DNA of 64,000 bases from the human T2T-CHM13v2.0 reference genome, Homo sapiens, in NCBI RefSeq assembly GCF_009914755.1, contig NC_060933.1, one strand, 5' to 3'. The position numbers were made by a program, and so were the translations under genes. Below, in pieces: positions 1 through 18,932 of the stretch; the first letter of the stretch is position 1; the number at the start of each line of letters is the position of its first letter. The notes under the pieces are model-generated. The model did not search any database. It had not been told where the DNA came from and worked only from the letters and a program-made list of their open reading frames with translations.

Positions 1-1464
1 AGAGTTATTTGCTTGGAGTCATCTTTTCATTCACATTCCTACTATGAATCAAAACCCCCAAAGATACCACAGCTGGCATGCTTCAGGGATGACATCTTAG
101 TAGAATTTCTTACTAATCTTTCATCTCTTATTCATATAGGGACAGAGATTTCAGCTCCTGGTTGTTTGTGCTGTCCTCTGCCCTTATAGCTTGGCTAACT
201 TCTGAAAAATCAATTGTACTGCAAATGCTAGGCCATCACTTTTTCACTGCAGTACCTACCCTGTCTTCTGCATAAAATGGCATTCTAAATAACTGCTGAT
301 GACTCAGAGGAATACACGTCTATTAGCTATTCATTGTGTCCATAATCCCCCCAAGAAAATGAATACAATGACAAGTGTTATATTGAATAACTGCAGAGGT
401 TTGGATTAGGGATTTTTGTTCTTGTTTTCTGGGTGGACTCCCCTGAATAACTTATCACATTCATAACACTACAGGGAAGGAGTTTTCTCTTAGCTCAAAT
501 TGCTCTGCTCAGTATAGCTTCAGGGGGAAAGCAGAGGGTTACCAGCTGTAGAAGGCCTGACATTAATTTCAGAGTTTATATTAGAAACCTTTCTACTCAG
601 ACTGAGCACTGGTGAGGAGAAAGAAAAAAAAACTCTTTTAGAAAAGCAGCTGAGAATAAAAAATGGCTTCTATTCTAATAGAGAATAAATGTGGTCTGGC
701 ATCAACAAGGGAATGGATAAAATGCAGTGTAATCAGAAAAATGCAGTTTCCAGCCTCATCCTGTGATCAAAGCAAAAGTCTGTTCTTTTGAATAGTTAGT
801 TGCTCAGATATTTGCTTTAGCACGCCCACCAGGGGCCTCAGTGATTTTTTTTTTTTCTTTCCAGGAAGGATGGTAACTAGCACTTTGTGCTGCTGGGAGA
901 GTGTATATTTACATGGTGTCCCCAGCTTTGTCTCTCTAAATGCACACAGCCTCCTTCTATTCTACCTGGAGCTGTGCCAACTGTAAGAGGCCCAAGCCAA
1001 TTATTGACCTAGAGGGGTTAGTGCCCACTGTGCTCTGCCCTCAACTAGATTCCCACCAGGTTCAGCTGGTGGCTTTTTTAAAAAAAGTATTTATCTCTAA
1101 TTCCTTGGGGATGCCATATTTCCTCTTTATTTTTCTTTCAGTGATCTTTTGTAACCTTTCTCCTCCCACCATTTCTCTTGATCTCAACTGGTCTTGCTTG
1201 GATTTCATATTTTGCTTGAGCGTCATCAGTCAGCAGGCTGGGTGTTATTTTGTACTCTTTCTTGATGGAGGAAAATAAGGTCAGACTAAACCAGGAGAAG
1301 GTGTGGGTGTCTGAGAGTCGCATTTGCTGGTAATGCTTCCCAAGTCCTCTAAAGATGTAGGGGATCTAAGCTGTAAGCTAACTAGTGGGCAGGTCATCCA
1401 TTGACTAGGTGTGATTGTGAACCAGCTTGGGTGCTACCTGGTTTATGTGCAACATTTTAATTGG

Positions 1465-1625
1465 CCCAACAACCCTATGAAGTGCTTACCATAGTTATCC
1501 CTACTTTACTGATATTGCAATGAAAACTCGGAAATGTTAAGGCACTTGTCCAAGTTCTAAACCATTATACTACATATTAGCCTCTCTGGATCTCAGTATC
1601 CTCCTATGTAAAATAAAAGGATTCA
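1465..1625. mobile_element. MIR SINE fragments
   Basis: Degenerate MIR core motifs: 'aaccctatgaag...gttaaggcacttgtccaag' and 'ctcagtatcctcctatgtaaaat'. Boundaries approximate. Confidence 0.55.
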
Positions 1626-1629
1626 TTTA

Positions 1630-1843
1630 AATTAGCTTCTCAACTTCAGCACTATTAATATTAGGGGCTAGATAAGTCTTTGGTGTCGGGAGCTGCCCTG
1701 TGCATTAGAGGATAGTTAGCAGCATTCTTGGTTTGTGATACTAACAGCACCTCCCTTCACCCACCTGGGACAAATAAAAATGTCACTAATCTTTGCCAAA
1801 TGTCCCTTGGGAGACAAAATTACTTCTGGTTTGAGAACCCTTG
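1630..1843. mobile_element. MER20 hAT-Charlie DNA transposon (MITE)
   Basis: Matches recalled MER20 consensus: 'ttctcaacttcagcactatt...ctgccctgtgcatt...aaaaatgtc...ttgccaaatgtccc...ttgagaacc'. Confidence 0.85.
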
Positions 1844-2004
1844 GCCTAAAAAAATTTCCATGATACTTTCTAGATTGAACTGTCTACTGTTCAATGTGTG
1901 CCTGCTTGGTTTCCTTCTCTCAGCTCTTCTTTCCTCTTACATTTTTATTCCTTTTCTTTAGCTTACCCATCCATAGTTTAGGGATAACAAAAGTGCCCGC
2001 CTTC

Positions 2005-2623
2005 TGGGAGTGTTAATTAGTTCAACCATTGTGGAAGATGGCATGGCAATTCCTCAAGGATCCAGAACCAGAAATACCATTGACCCAGCAATCCCATTAC
2101 TGGGTAAATACCCAAAGGATTATAAATCATTCTGCTATAAAGACACATGTACATGTATGTTTACTGCAGCACTATTTACAATAGCAAAGACTTGGAACCA
2201 ACCCAAATGCTCATCAAGGATACACTGGATAAGGAAAGTGTGGCACATATACACCATGGAATACTATGCAGCCATTACAAAAGAATGAGTTCATGTCCTT
2301 TGCAGGGACATGGATGAAGCTGGGGACCATCATTCTCAGCAAACTAACACAGGTACAGAAAACCAAACACTGCATGTTCTCATTCATAAGTGGGAGTTGA
2401 ACAATAAGAACACATGGGCACAGGGAGGGGAACATTACACACCAGGGCCTGTCGGGTTTGGGGGAAAGGGGAGGGAGAGCATTAGGACAAACACCTAATG
2501 CATGCAAGGCTTAAAACCTAGATGATGGGTTGATAGGTGCAGCAAACCACCATGGCACATGTATACCTATGTAACAAACCTTCACGTTCTGCATACATAT
2601 CCCAGAACTTAAAGAAAAAAAAT
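2005..2623 (+). mobile_element. 5'-truncated LINE-1 (L1PA8-like 3' end) inserted into a MIR
   Basis: ORF2 C-terminus (DPAIPLLG...CYKDTCT.MF.AALFTIAKTWNQPKC), 3'UTR 'ggcttaaaacctagatga' and A-tail. TSD aagtgcccgccttc (1991-2004) / aagtgcccaccttc (2624-2637). MIR halves lie on both sides (~1960-2004, ~2638-2710). Confidence 0.95.
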
Positions 2624-3764
2624 AAGTGCCCACCTTCATATACAGTTGTTTTGAGGATGAAATGGGGCAATGGATACCAAATCCCAAGGACGATTTTTGG
2701 TGCTCAAAGATTACTTTAAGCTTAAGTTCTCAGCGAAAGCCACCTGTATTGTTTAAATTCCTGTCCCCACAAGCAGATTAACAACTACAATCGCACCTCA
2801 TCTGAGACAAGCTCTCTCTCAAATCACTGTGGAAGGAGAAAAGAATGGAGCACAGTTACTCTGAAGACCCTGAAGGAAGCCTTCCTCTTTTCTCTTACCT
2901 GCAGCCCATTTATAGAGCAGGCTGGAGGTTCTTGTCATGTGGGGAAAACAGACTTTAAACATAGTCAATTAATTGATGCAAATCACCTTCCTTTCAGTCA
3001 GATGTAGGTAATAGCATATCTCACATGACAAACCCTGCTATTTATCATTTTCACTAAGAAAAATCTTTAGCCACTTTCCATCTGTAAATTCTGAAAAGAG
3101 GCTGATAAGTTCGCTCATTTAAATATAGCATAGATGCATTTTTAAAAACCCATTGCTTCCGAAGGGAGTGGGATTGACAGACCTGGACCTTGAATGCTCA
3201 TTTGATATACTGATGCTCTATGGAGCTTGGCAAGGCAGTTTTTCAACCCACCTGGGAGCATTTCTGTTTCCTTCCTTGGTTCTATTTTAGACCGTTACTT
3301 TTCATACTACCTGCAACCAAGGCCACTGATTATCTTCCCAGAGAAAAAACTAACAATTTTTTTTCTGTAAAGTTTTAAGATCTCCCTCTCCTATCCCATA
3401 GCCAGACCTAAACAATGTCCCCATCTTGTCTGAATGAATCTTTGCCTTCTACTCATCTTCCATGCTCTAACCATTGGGCCTTTTAGCCAAAATCTTTTTG
3501 GTAAATAAGCTTTGTGAGCAGCTGAGCTGGGTCACAAGTCTCTCCTTTGAAGTGACGGTTTCACTTGCATGTTTGCCTTTTGAGGCGCCATTTTTGGCCT
3601 CCAGGAAACAGCACTATACTGGTTTTCTAGCTACTTTGTACTCTCTCTCCCCACATTCATCCTGTCCAATTTCTGTTATAGCCTTTTCATTTAGCCTCTT
3701 TCTTTTCTTTCTCACTTTTCTATAACTGCAGTCACGGTCTACAAGGTGAGGAAGAAAGAAAAAG

Positions 3765-4083
3765 CAGTGTTTCCCATCTCTGTGCTCAGAGAGAATTCAT
3801 AGATTCAGAAACTTCTACCAAAGATTTATTCCACAGATGCTAACTGGATTTTGTCATGGAATTAGGATTGGGTATTGGAAGGTATATCAAATATGCTAGT
3901 TTAAACATTAGCAACTTTTAAAAATTGAAGGATTTCTCAAACTTTTAAACATGCTAATGTGAATTGTGAATATCTAAGAATAAAGATAACACATATGCAT
4001 TTCTCAAATGCTTCACGGCAATCCCTCCTTTTTGCAATGGATCATCTTATAGTGTTTAGTGCAGCGTATTTTGGGAAGCAATG
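3765..4083. mobile_element. Probable hAT-Charlie-type MITE
   Basis: Terminal inverted repeats cagtgtttccca (3765-3776) / tgggaagcaatg (4072-4083; 2 mismatches). Subfamily not identified. Confidence 0.45.
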
Positions 4084-4616
4084 TTTTAGGATATTTCACT
4101 TGTCATATTCCAGATTCTCCTGAAAGTTCCATATTCTTGATATTTTCAAATCAAATCTTCTTGCTTTGGGCTCAAACCATAGGCCTTCTGATGGCTAAAA
4201 AGAACATCAACTTACAAAAGGGCAGAAAGCATAGCCTACACAGTAGGCTTGTTTGAAAATTATTAAAATACACAATGCTATATGTTGCTGATTTGATAAA
4301 TGAGGTGTTCAAAGTTACTTTTTTGAGTCTTCGTCTTATTCGCATCCCTATCTGCATATCAAAACTAGAAAATACGGCAATTGGCAATGCTTCAGGACGA
4401 CATCTTGATAGGATTACTTGTTAATCTTCTTTTATCTTTTATTCACATAGGAATCAAATTTTCAAGTAGTGGTTCCTTGTGTTGTTCTGTTGCCTTACAG
4501 CTCAGCTTTATCCTAAAATGTCAATTTTATAGCCTCCCTATGTAAAGAGGGACATCATTCTGTGGGTATGTTTTTGAACCTCTCTCAATCAAATTGTGAG
4601 AGGAAGCACTACCTCT

Positions 4617-5186
4617 TGTAGAAGCAAAGAAAGGCAGGTTAACTGGAGAAAAGGCACACAAATTTATTTAACATGTATCCACGAGAGTCTTCAGAATGAA
4701 GACCCAACTCCCAGTAGGGTGAAGAAGCTTATATACCGTCTTGAGGTTACAGAAAAAATGGGGGCTTGGATTCTGGCAAAACATGTTATGGGAGAGGAGA
4801 GAAGAGGAAATCTGTTGAGGGGCAATAAATGATTACTAGGGAGCATTCAATGGGCTTGAAGAACATAAAATGGTCTTGGACAAAGTCTGCTGGGCCTGCA
4901 GAGCAGACAATAGATTGTGACAAAAGTCTGTCCAGGTTTGTTGACAGAATTTAATTTTCTTTCCTGTGGTATGGGTTCAGTTAATGAAAACTCATGGGAG
5001 GTAATTTCTTCTTTGGCAGGTCTGAACTTTAGGAAGATAAGGGAACTTCAGGGAACAACTTCAGCCTGTGCTTTAGGAGAGATGGTAGTGAAAGGTGGGG
5101 AGAGTCAAGTAGACCTTGAAGCTCCTTTTTTGGTTCAGCATGTACAAAGTGTCATATTTTGGGGTATTGGTTTCTGAGCCCCAACA
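4617..5186 (-). mobile_element. ERV1 solo LTR (MER31/MER34/MER39 group, best MER31-like)
   Basis: Minus strand begins TGTTGGGGCTCAGAAACCAATACCCCAAAATATG and contains 'ataaatttgtgtgccttttctcc' near its 3' end. Confidence 0.75.
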
Positions 5187-5319
5187 GTCTTCTCCTCAGG
5201 GAGAGGATGGGAAAAAAGCCATTATATTTTCTACCTCAGAAAACTCTCCTACCAATTCTCTTCTATCACCTTTTGGAATTTCTAGTTTTCCCTGACTGAA
5301 GCTGTTTCGTAAGTGATGG

Positions 5320-5870
5320 TGTCAGACGTGTGTGAACCAGAGCAACTCCATCTTGAATAGGGGCTGCGTAAAATAAGGCTGAGATCTACTGGGCTGCATT
5401 CCCAGGAGGTTAAGGCATTCTTAGTCGCAGGATGAGATAGGAGGTCAGCACAAAATACAGGTCATAAAGACCTTGCTGATAAAACAGGCAGTGGTAAGGA
5501 AGCCTGCTAAAATCCACCAAAACCAAGATGGAGATGAGAGTGACCTCTGGTTGTCTTCACTGCTACACTCCCACCAGCGCCATGACAGTTTACAAATGCC
5601 ATGGCAACATCAGGAAGTTACCCTATATGCTCTGAAAAGGGGAGGCATGAATAATCCACTCCTTGTTCAGCAGATAATCAAGAATAACCATAAAAACCAT
5701 GGGCAACCCACAGCCCTCGGGGCTGCTCTGCCTATGGAGTAGCCATTCTTTTATTCCTTTACTTTCCTAATAAACTTGCTTTCACTTTATGGACTTGTCC
5801 TGAATTCTTTCTTGTACAAGATCCAAGAACCCTCTCTTGGGGTGTGGATCGGGACCTCTTTCCGGTAACA
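5320..5870 (+). mobile_element. MER41A solo LTR (ERV1)
   Basis: Starts 'tgtcaga...gaaccagagcaactccatcttgaatagg' and ends 'ccggtaaca'. 'aaaaggggaggcatgaataatcc' lacks the tandem-GAS block of MER41B. Confidence 0.9.
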
Positions 5871-7678
5871 GTGAAATTAATAATCACTGGGACAGTTCTA
5901 TTATTCTTAATATGGATGAAACTAACATTCTTCTTTAGTGTTATTTCCCATCTATTGATGTTCTGAAGACAGCAGGGAATGATTCACTTAACATTGTGTA
6001 ACACATAGAAATTAATTCTTAAATGCAAATAATCTTCATAGTTTCTTTGTGTGTGTTGGTATTATATCATTTATAAAACAATTTCCATTAGGTTGAAAAT
6101 CTTTTGTCCTTAGAATTAATAGATAGGAATACCTACCTTCATTCATATGCTATTTTCTTGTGCTCTATTCTCAGGAGTGGCATGTGTAGGTTAAAGGGCA
6201 TTACAAATTGTCCAGCTCTTGCAATTTTACAGCTAAAGTCCATAGTAAATGGCTTCTAAGTTTCTAGAAGTGAGTTCATTAAACTTGTGAATAACACCAC
6301 AGCACACATGCACAGAAATTAGAATAGTATGCATTTAGTGGATTTTTGTATTCACTTTCAGTGAATGGAATTGTCTGATTAGACAATTCTCAGATAATTA
6401 TTTTTAATTTTATCTACCTAGAGAGCTGTATCCCCTTACCAGTTCTGTGACGTGGCTGGGCTGGTTTCATATACGTTCTTTCTCATTCACATTCTCTCTC
6501 TCTCTTTGTTTTCCTATTTAGTTGTTTGCTTAGTCACAAGTCTCCAATAGTGTAATTTCCTGTTGGGTTCTCCAGCTGTGAGACACTCCCTGGATCTCCC
6601 CTTCCCCCCATCCTCCAGCTGTCTCTATGGGCAACATCCAACTACTGATTTTAACACATTTGGCTAGCATTTAGCAGGGGCCAGGGACTCCTGTTAACTT
6701 CTAAGATGTGTTTCTGATGCAAAGACACATTTTGCTCCTAATTAAGCCTTTCACTAAAGAGAAGAATAAAAAGGTATAGGAGGTTTGAGATTTTAAGCAG
6801 CCGTCATTCCAGAAAAGGGCAGGAAAAAAAATCAAATAAGTAATCCAAGAGTTCAAAGGAACCTGAACCCCACAGTGCTGTGTCTCATGAGTTGAAGGCT
6901 CACATTTTCTTAGCTTCACTCAGGCTGGGCTCTCTACTGGGAAACTGCAGAAATACCTGTCAGGCAAGAACTCCTGAAGTGGGCAACACAAGCAATTCCT
7001 TTCATGAGGCACCGATTTTCATGTGTTCTAGTGTCCTGGAGGTATGTTATCAGTTTTGAAACATTCGCAACATGCAATAGCAAGAAAGAGACCCTTTGTT
7101 AGGTCCATTCAAGGAGGAAAATTGAGATGCAGCTGGGAGAAGCAGGAAACATCCAGTCAGCAAGATGGCAAGAAGAATTTATATCAGGTGGCAGACTGTG
7201 AACATGTTTACTTTAAGACAGACCCAGTGGTGCTATAAGCACCTTGCTATAAGGCAAGATGTAAATTATTTTTAAAAAGTAAGTGTCAGCCCTGATTTTG
7301 TCTCAAGATCGTGTCCTATAAACGTTGATGCTCAGTAAAAGTACTCTGAATGAATGAGAGTCACCAGACAAATGAGTGATACAGAGTAAGCCCTCAAAAC
7401 ATTTTTTCCTGACTTTCTTGATGGCTACTTTATAGCATTTCTAACTTGGCATACAAGGAGGATAATAATATGCATAGTAATAGAACAGTTATGCCTTATC
7501 CTGGTTGTGATGCCATCTATAGCAGGATTACAGAAAATCCATTATTCCTGGTAAACTAGTTCATCCCTGATCATAACATGTCTATGAGAGCCAAAAGAAG
7601 CCCTTGGAGTTATGTGATTCCTGGTAAAATCTACCACACTTTACCTCCAGCTCCACAGCCTCTCCTCCAGTCCACAAG

Positions 7679-8135
7679 TGTGTTAGTTCGTGTTCTTTTG
7701 GAAGCAGATGCCAAGACAGAGTTAGAAGTGTAAGATGTTTATTATGGAAAGTGCCTATGGAAAGTAATAGGGAAAGGGGGCAGCTGTAGATAAGAAAAAC
7801 CTCTGACCCAGAAATACTTTTGACATCTGTGAAAAGAGGGGGAGATGGAAAGAGGATTTGGTAGGAAGAGCCTCAGATCATAGGGCAGCCCTAAAAAAGT
7901 CTTGACTGGGCCAATAGGGCGGACCATAGCAAAGAGGAGTCTTACTTTGGGCGGGAATGGCCTGTTTTTAGTACTCTCCCATGCTCAGTCTGGCTGGGAG
8001 TAGCCCAGGAAGAATGTGGCCTTGGGGTGAGCACAGTGGTGGATTTTGCTAAGGTGAGGCAGTGGGAGGCTGTCAGCTAAACACAATGTTCTGTTTTGCA
8101 AGGATGTCAATGCAGAGCACTCCTATGCTACCACA
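7679..8135 (-). mobile_element. LTR16-like ERVL solo LTR
   Basis: 'tgtgttagttcg...gaagcagatgccaagaca...tttatt...ggaagagcctcaga...ggaggctgtcagcta' resembles reverse-complemented LTR16. Old and diverged. Confidence 0.6.
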
Positions 8136-8369
8136 CCATGAGCATCCATCACTTCAATACCAACTATGGCACACTATTCCTAAGAAGGACACTGCTGTAT
8201 TGACAGAACCAACTTTCCACTTTCCCCTGGGAGACCATCAGACCTAATCTTAACCATGCCTTACATTCCTGTTTACCTCATTCAACATCAAAAGGTCAAG
8301 ACTCCCTGGTCATCTCTTATTTTCCAAAACATAAAACCCACATGGTATTCCAAATTTCCCAATGGCACT

Positions 8370-10440
<2,071 letters not shown>

Positions 10441-11454
10441 CAGGGATCACTGTAATCATGCCAAATAAATTATTTCAATCTAGTTGAAGGAGAATAATAT
10501 TACATTTAACAAAAGTTTACACTGATCTTTTCATAATTCCTTTCTTCTCGTATATTAGCACAATGCATATTCTGTCCCTGAAGCCCCAGAAGACCTTTTC
10601 CACTGCCAAACCCGTTCGACCTTCACCTGTCTGATTCTTCTTTCACCTCCCAGACTCCTGTCAAGAAATACCAACACTGCCATTTGTGTAAGAAAAGAAA
10701 AAGAGCTCTATGTATGTACACCCGTGTATGTTTGTATGCTTGTTTACGTGTAGCTTTTTCGCTATACTCCTACCAGGCTTTGATGAGGGGAACTGGGAAG
10801 TCATCAGAGAAGGGTTGAAGGAATCTTAATTTTCACTGTATGCCTTTTTAAAAAACCTTAAAAATATTTTCCTTGTCCATATAACTCTTATTCATATAAG
10901 TAGGTAATTAAATCAATGATAGGTAAATACAAGACATTAAAACTAAAAAGGAAATACCTCCTTCTCTAAATCTAGTAAGAGTCTCCCAAGCAATGTTAGT
11001 TTTGGGATCATTTGTACCTCACTGTACATAGTGTACATAGCTTTCACTTCTTTGTGGCATCTGCCAGTCTGTTTCCTAAATTATTTTTATGAGTAAGTTT
11101 TCTTCTATTGGACTTTTAGCTCTTATATCCCCATAGTGTAGCATGGTAACTGACACATAATAGGAGACAATATACATGTGACGAATAATTAAATATACAA
11201 TTTGGCAAACAAATATCTTCTATTGTAGAAAGAACATAATCAGTTAGCATGATATTGAATAGGTTCCAAAAAAACAAAAACAGTACATTTAAGATCAGTC
11301 ACCAAGGGCAGCAAAGGTTGCCATCTTGTCAATAGTCAATTAAAAGAATTGATAAAGGAAAAGTACTCATGATGCCTAATCAAAGGTATTGTAGCCAGGT
11401 CTACCTAATGAGAAAGTCCCAAGGTTTGTCATATAGACTTTGGCTAGAAAGAAA

Positions 11455-11647
11455 TTAACTTTTTTGGCCTTTGAAATTAAAATATCTGAATCTGCTGACT
11501 TATAACAGTTATTTTCTTAAATTCTGTGGCTTCGTTGATAACTTCTATCTTTTAACTTTTTGGCCTTTGAAATTAAAATATATGAATCTGCTGACTTATA
11601 ATAGTTATTTTCTTAAATTCTGTGGCTTCATTGGTAATTTCTATCTT
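11455..11647. repeat. Tandem duplication, two ~96-97 bp copies
   Basis: 'ttaactttttggcctttgaaattaaaata...ttctatctt' occurs twice head-to-tail (11455-11551, 11552-11647), with about 5 substitutions and 1 indel. Confidence 0.95.
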
Positions 11648-12560
11648 TGTTTTGGGTAACAACAAACCAGAAAACAAAAACCATATGTTTGAAACAACCT
11701 TTCATTTCAAAATTATTGTTAAACTATAGACTCATTTTCCATTCATCTTTTAAAAACAATGTCTGCCATGTGTAGTAAATAGTATTTTAATCTTTTCTGT
11801 AGAAGTGTGAGTGGTGTGCACACTAAGGGGTAATTCTGTAAGAATAGACTTTTAAATTCAATTCAGCACTTTCATCGAGAATGGAGAAGCTTAAAAATTA
11901 AGCCAGCAGGCATCCAAAGCCTGAGAGAACACTACTGGATGCATTCTTAATTAGAACCAATAAAGTTTGTTTTTAGGGAGAGCTTTCCCACAGAAAGCTC
12001 AATGGCAAAACTCAGAAGAAGTAAACAAATTAAATTCTTTATATTAACTGCTTGGCACCCTGCTTCTTACAGAGTTATTTAGTCCAACATGACAGTTGAC
12101 AAAATTTCACTTTGAAAACTCCAAATAACCCTAAGATACAGTACTCACTACTTACATATTTTCCCCAAATATAAAACAATCCATACTAATTTCAAGTCTT
12201 TCTAAGATACTAGCAGAAAAGAAAATGTTGGAGCAAGAATGATGAGTGGAATGATGTATGAAGGCTTAAGAATCTTGGATTTTGAGTTCATCACTAAGGT
12301 TTTTTTTAAACTCATTAGGCATATTTATGTTATGACTTGGTATATTTAAATGTCATACTGTGTTTATGTAAGCATTAAAATAAGATCAGGAAGAATTAAA
12401 GAATAGAACCAGATTGTCAACAGTGAATGTATCTGGATGGTGGGATTGCAAATAGGGAGAGGAAACATTTTTTTTTTAAATAAAAGGAATAGCTAACTTT
12501 AATTAGCTAATTATAGCTAATTGTTATCCATATTATTTTTTAAGCTTGTATAGAATACTT

Positions 12561-12690
12561 GATATTTTGATGGATATATTAGCTTGCGGTAATCATTTTG
12601 CAATATATACAGATATCAAAACATCACATTGTACACCCTAAATGTATAGTTTTTATTTGTTAATTATACATCAATAAAGCTGAAAAAAAA
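12561..12690 (+). mobile_element. Old L1M (L1MB-like) 3' end fragment
   Basis: 'atatcaaaacatcacattgtacaccctaaatgtata...caataaagctgaaaaaaaa'. Confidence 0.75.
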
Positions 12691-12923
12691 GATATGCATC
12701 TTTTTCAGGTCTCTAAATCTGCATTTAAATAAAAAAAATCCCTTGGTTCCAGTAGAAAGCAGCTTGACTTATGTCGCCACAGTGGAATCACAATCTCTCA
12801 CTTGATTCTCAGGCCTGAGACTGTTCACTGACCAATATTCTCAAATGATAAGGGCAGATACTCTCGAGAGTGGACTGCAAAGCTGCCACATATTTATGGT
12901 CTATATTTTCCTCCTAAGCTTAC

Positions 12924-13263
12924 TGATATGATTTGGTTGTGTCCCCACCCAAATCTCATCTTGCATTGTAGCTCCCACAATTCCCAAGTATCATGGGAGG
13001 TAATTGAATAATGGGGCCAGTCTTTCCCATGCTGTTCTCGTGACAGTAAATACGTCTCATGAGATCTGAAGATTTTATAAAGGGGAGTTCCCCTGCACAA
13101 GCTCTCTCTTGCCTGTTGCAATGTGAGATGTCCCTTGCTCTTACACCATGATTGTGAGGCCTCCTCAACCATGTGGAACTGTGAGTCAATTAAACCCCTT
13201 TCCTTTATAAATTACTCAGTCTCTGCTATGTCTTTATTAGCAGAGAGAGAACAGACTAACACA
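12924..13263 (+). mobile_element. THE1 (B/C-like) solo LTR, ERVL-MaLR
   Basis: Runs 'tgatatgatttggttgtgtccccacccaaatctcatc' to 'cagactaacaca'. Perfect 5-bp TSD cttac (12919-12923, 13264-13268). Confidence 0.93.
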
Positions 13264-13675
13264 CTTACCCAAAGGAAGTGATATGATGAATTTCGTTCAT
13301 ATGTCTCTTGAGGGCCAAGTTTGCATATGCTTGCCCTGTTTCCTCTTCAGTGATGTTGCAATGGCAGCCTGATATTGGCCATGGAAAGTGTTTATATGAA
13401 AGAAATTGGTGAATGCTACAAATAAACACTTTTTTATCTCTTTTTGTCCTATTATCTTTCTTTTTTTAAAATTCTACTTTACACTCTGGGATACATGTGC
13501 AGAATGTGCAGGTTTGTTAAATAGGTATACGTGTGCCACGGTGGTGTTTGCTGCACCCATCAACATGTCATCTACATTAGGTATTTCTCCTAATGCTCTC
13601 CCTCCCCTAGCCCCCACCCCCTGACAGGCCCTGGTGTATGATGTCCCCCTCCATTTGTCCATGTATTCTCATTGT

Positions 13676-17846
<4,171 letters not shown>

Positions 17847-17909
17847 TATGATGCTAGCTGGTTATTTTGCCCATTAGTTGATGCAGTTTCTTCATAGTGT
17901 CGATGGTCT

Positions 17910-18932
17910 TTACAATTTAGTGTGTTTTTGCAGTAGCTGGTACTGGTTTTTCCTTTCCATGTTTAGTGCTTCCTTCAGGATCTCTTGTAAGGCAGCCCTG
18001 GTAGTGACAAAATCCCTCAGTATTTGCTTGTCTGTAAAGGATTTTATTTCTCTTTCACTTATGATGCTTAGTTTGGCTGGACATGAAATTCTGGCTTGAA
18101 AATTCTTTTCTTTAAGACTGTTGAATATTGGCCCCCACTGTCTTCTGGCTTGTAGGGTTTCTGCAAGGATATCTGCTGTTAGTCTGATGGGCTTCCCTTT
18201 GTGGGTAACCCGACCTTTCTCTCTGGCTGCCCTTAATATTTTTCCCTTCATTTCAACCTTGATGATTCTGACGATTATGTGTCTTGGGGTTGCTCTTGAG
18301 GAGTATCTTTGCGGTATTCTCGGTATTACCTGAACTTGAATGTTGGCCTGTCTTGCTAGGTTGGGGAAGTTCTCCTGTATAATATCCTGAAGAGTGTTTT
18401 CTGACTTGGTTCCATTCCCCCTGTCACTTTCAGGTACACCAATCAAATGTAGGTTTGGTCTTTTCACATAGTCCCATATTTCTTGGAGGTTTTATTCATT
18501 CCTTTTCATTCTTTTTTCTCTAATCTTCACTATACACTTTATTTCATTAACTGGATCTTCAATCTCTGATATCCTTTCTTCCACTTCATCAGTTTGGCTA
18601 TTGATACTTGTGTATGCTTCACGAAGTTCTCGTGCTGTGTTTTTCAGCTCCATCAGGTCATTTATGTTCTTCTCTAAACTGGTTATTCTAGTTAGCAATT
18701 CCTCTAATCTTTTTTCAACGTTCTTATCTTCCTTGCATTGGGTTAGAACATGTTCCTTTAGCTCAGAGGAGCTTGTTATTACCCACCATCTGAAGCCTAC
18801 TTCTGTCAATTCATCAAACTCATTCTCCATCCAGTTTTGTTTCCTTGCTGGCAAGGAGTTGTGATCCTTTGAAGGAGAAGAGGTGTTCTGGTTTTTGGAA
18901 TTTTCAGCCTTTTTGCCCTGGCTTTTCCTCAT
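17910..18932 (-). pseudogene. L1 ORF1 (ORF1p RNA-binding protein) with one in-frame stop
   Basis: MRKSQGKKAENSKNQ...MKRNE*NLQEIWDYVKRPNL...QKHTKL*. ORFs 18492-18932 and 17910-18467 are in the same frame, separated by TAA at 18492-18494. Confidence 0.92.

Noticed and set aside
294-307. AP-1/NF-E2-like motif TGACTCA (300-306)
   Set aside because: A single 7-mer is expected by chance in 64 kb; no supporting evidence.
940-1278. 112-aa ORF as a host gene
   Set aside because: No recognisable domain; its hydrophobicity reflects T-rich DNA; no exon structure evident.
11471-11659. ORF with an internally repeated peptide
   Set aside because: By-product of the 96-bp tandem duplication, with a non-ATG start.
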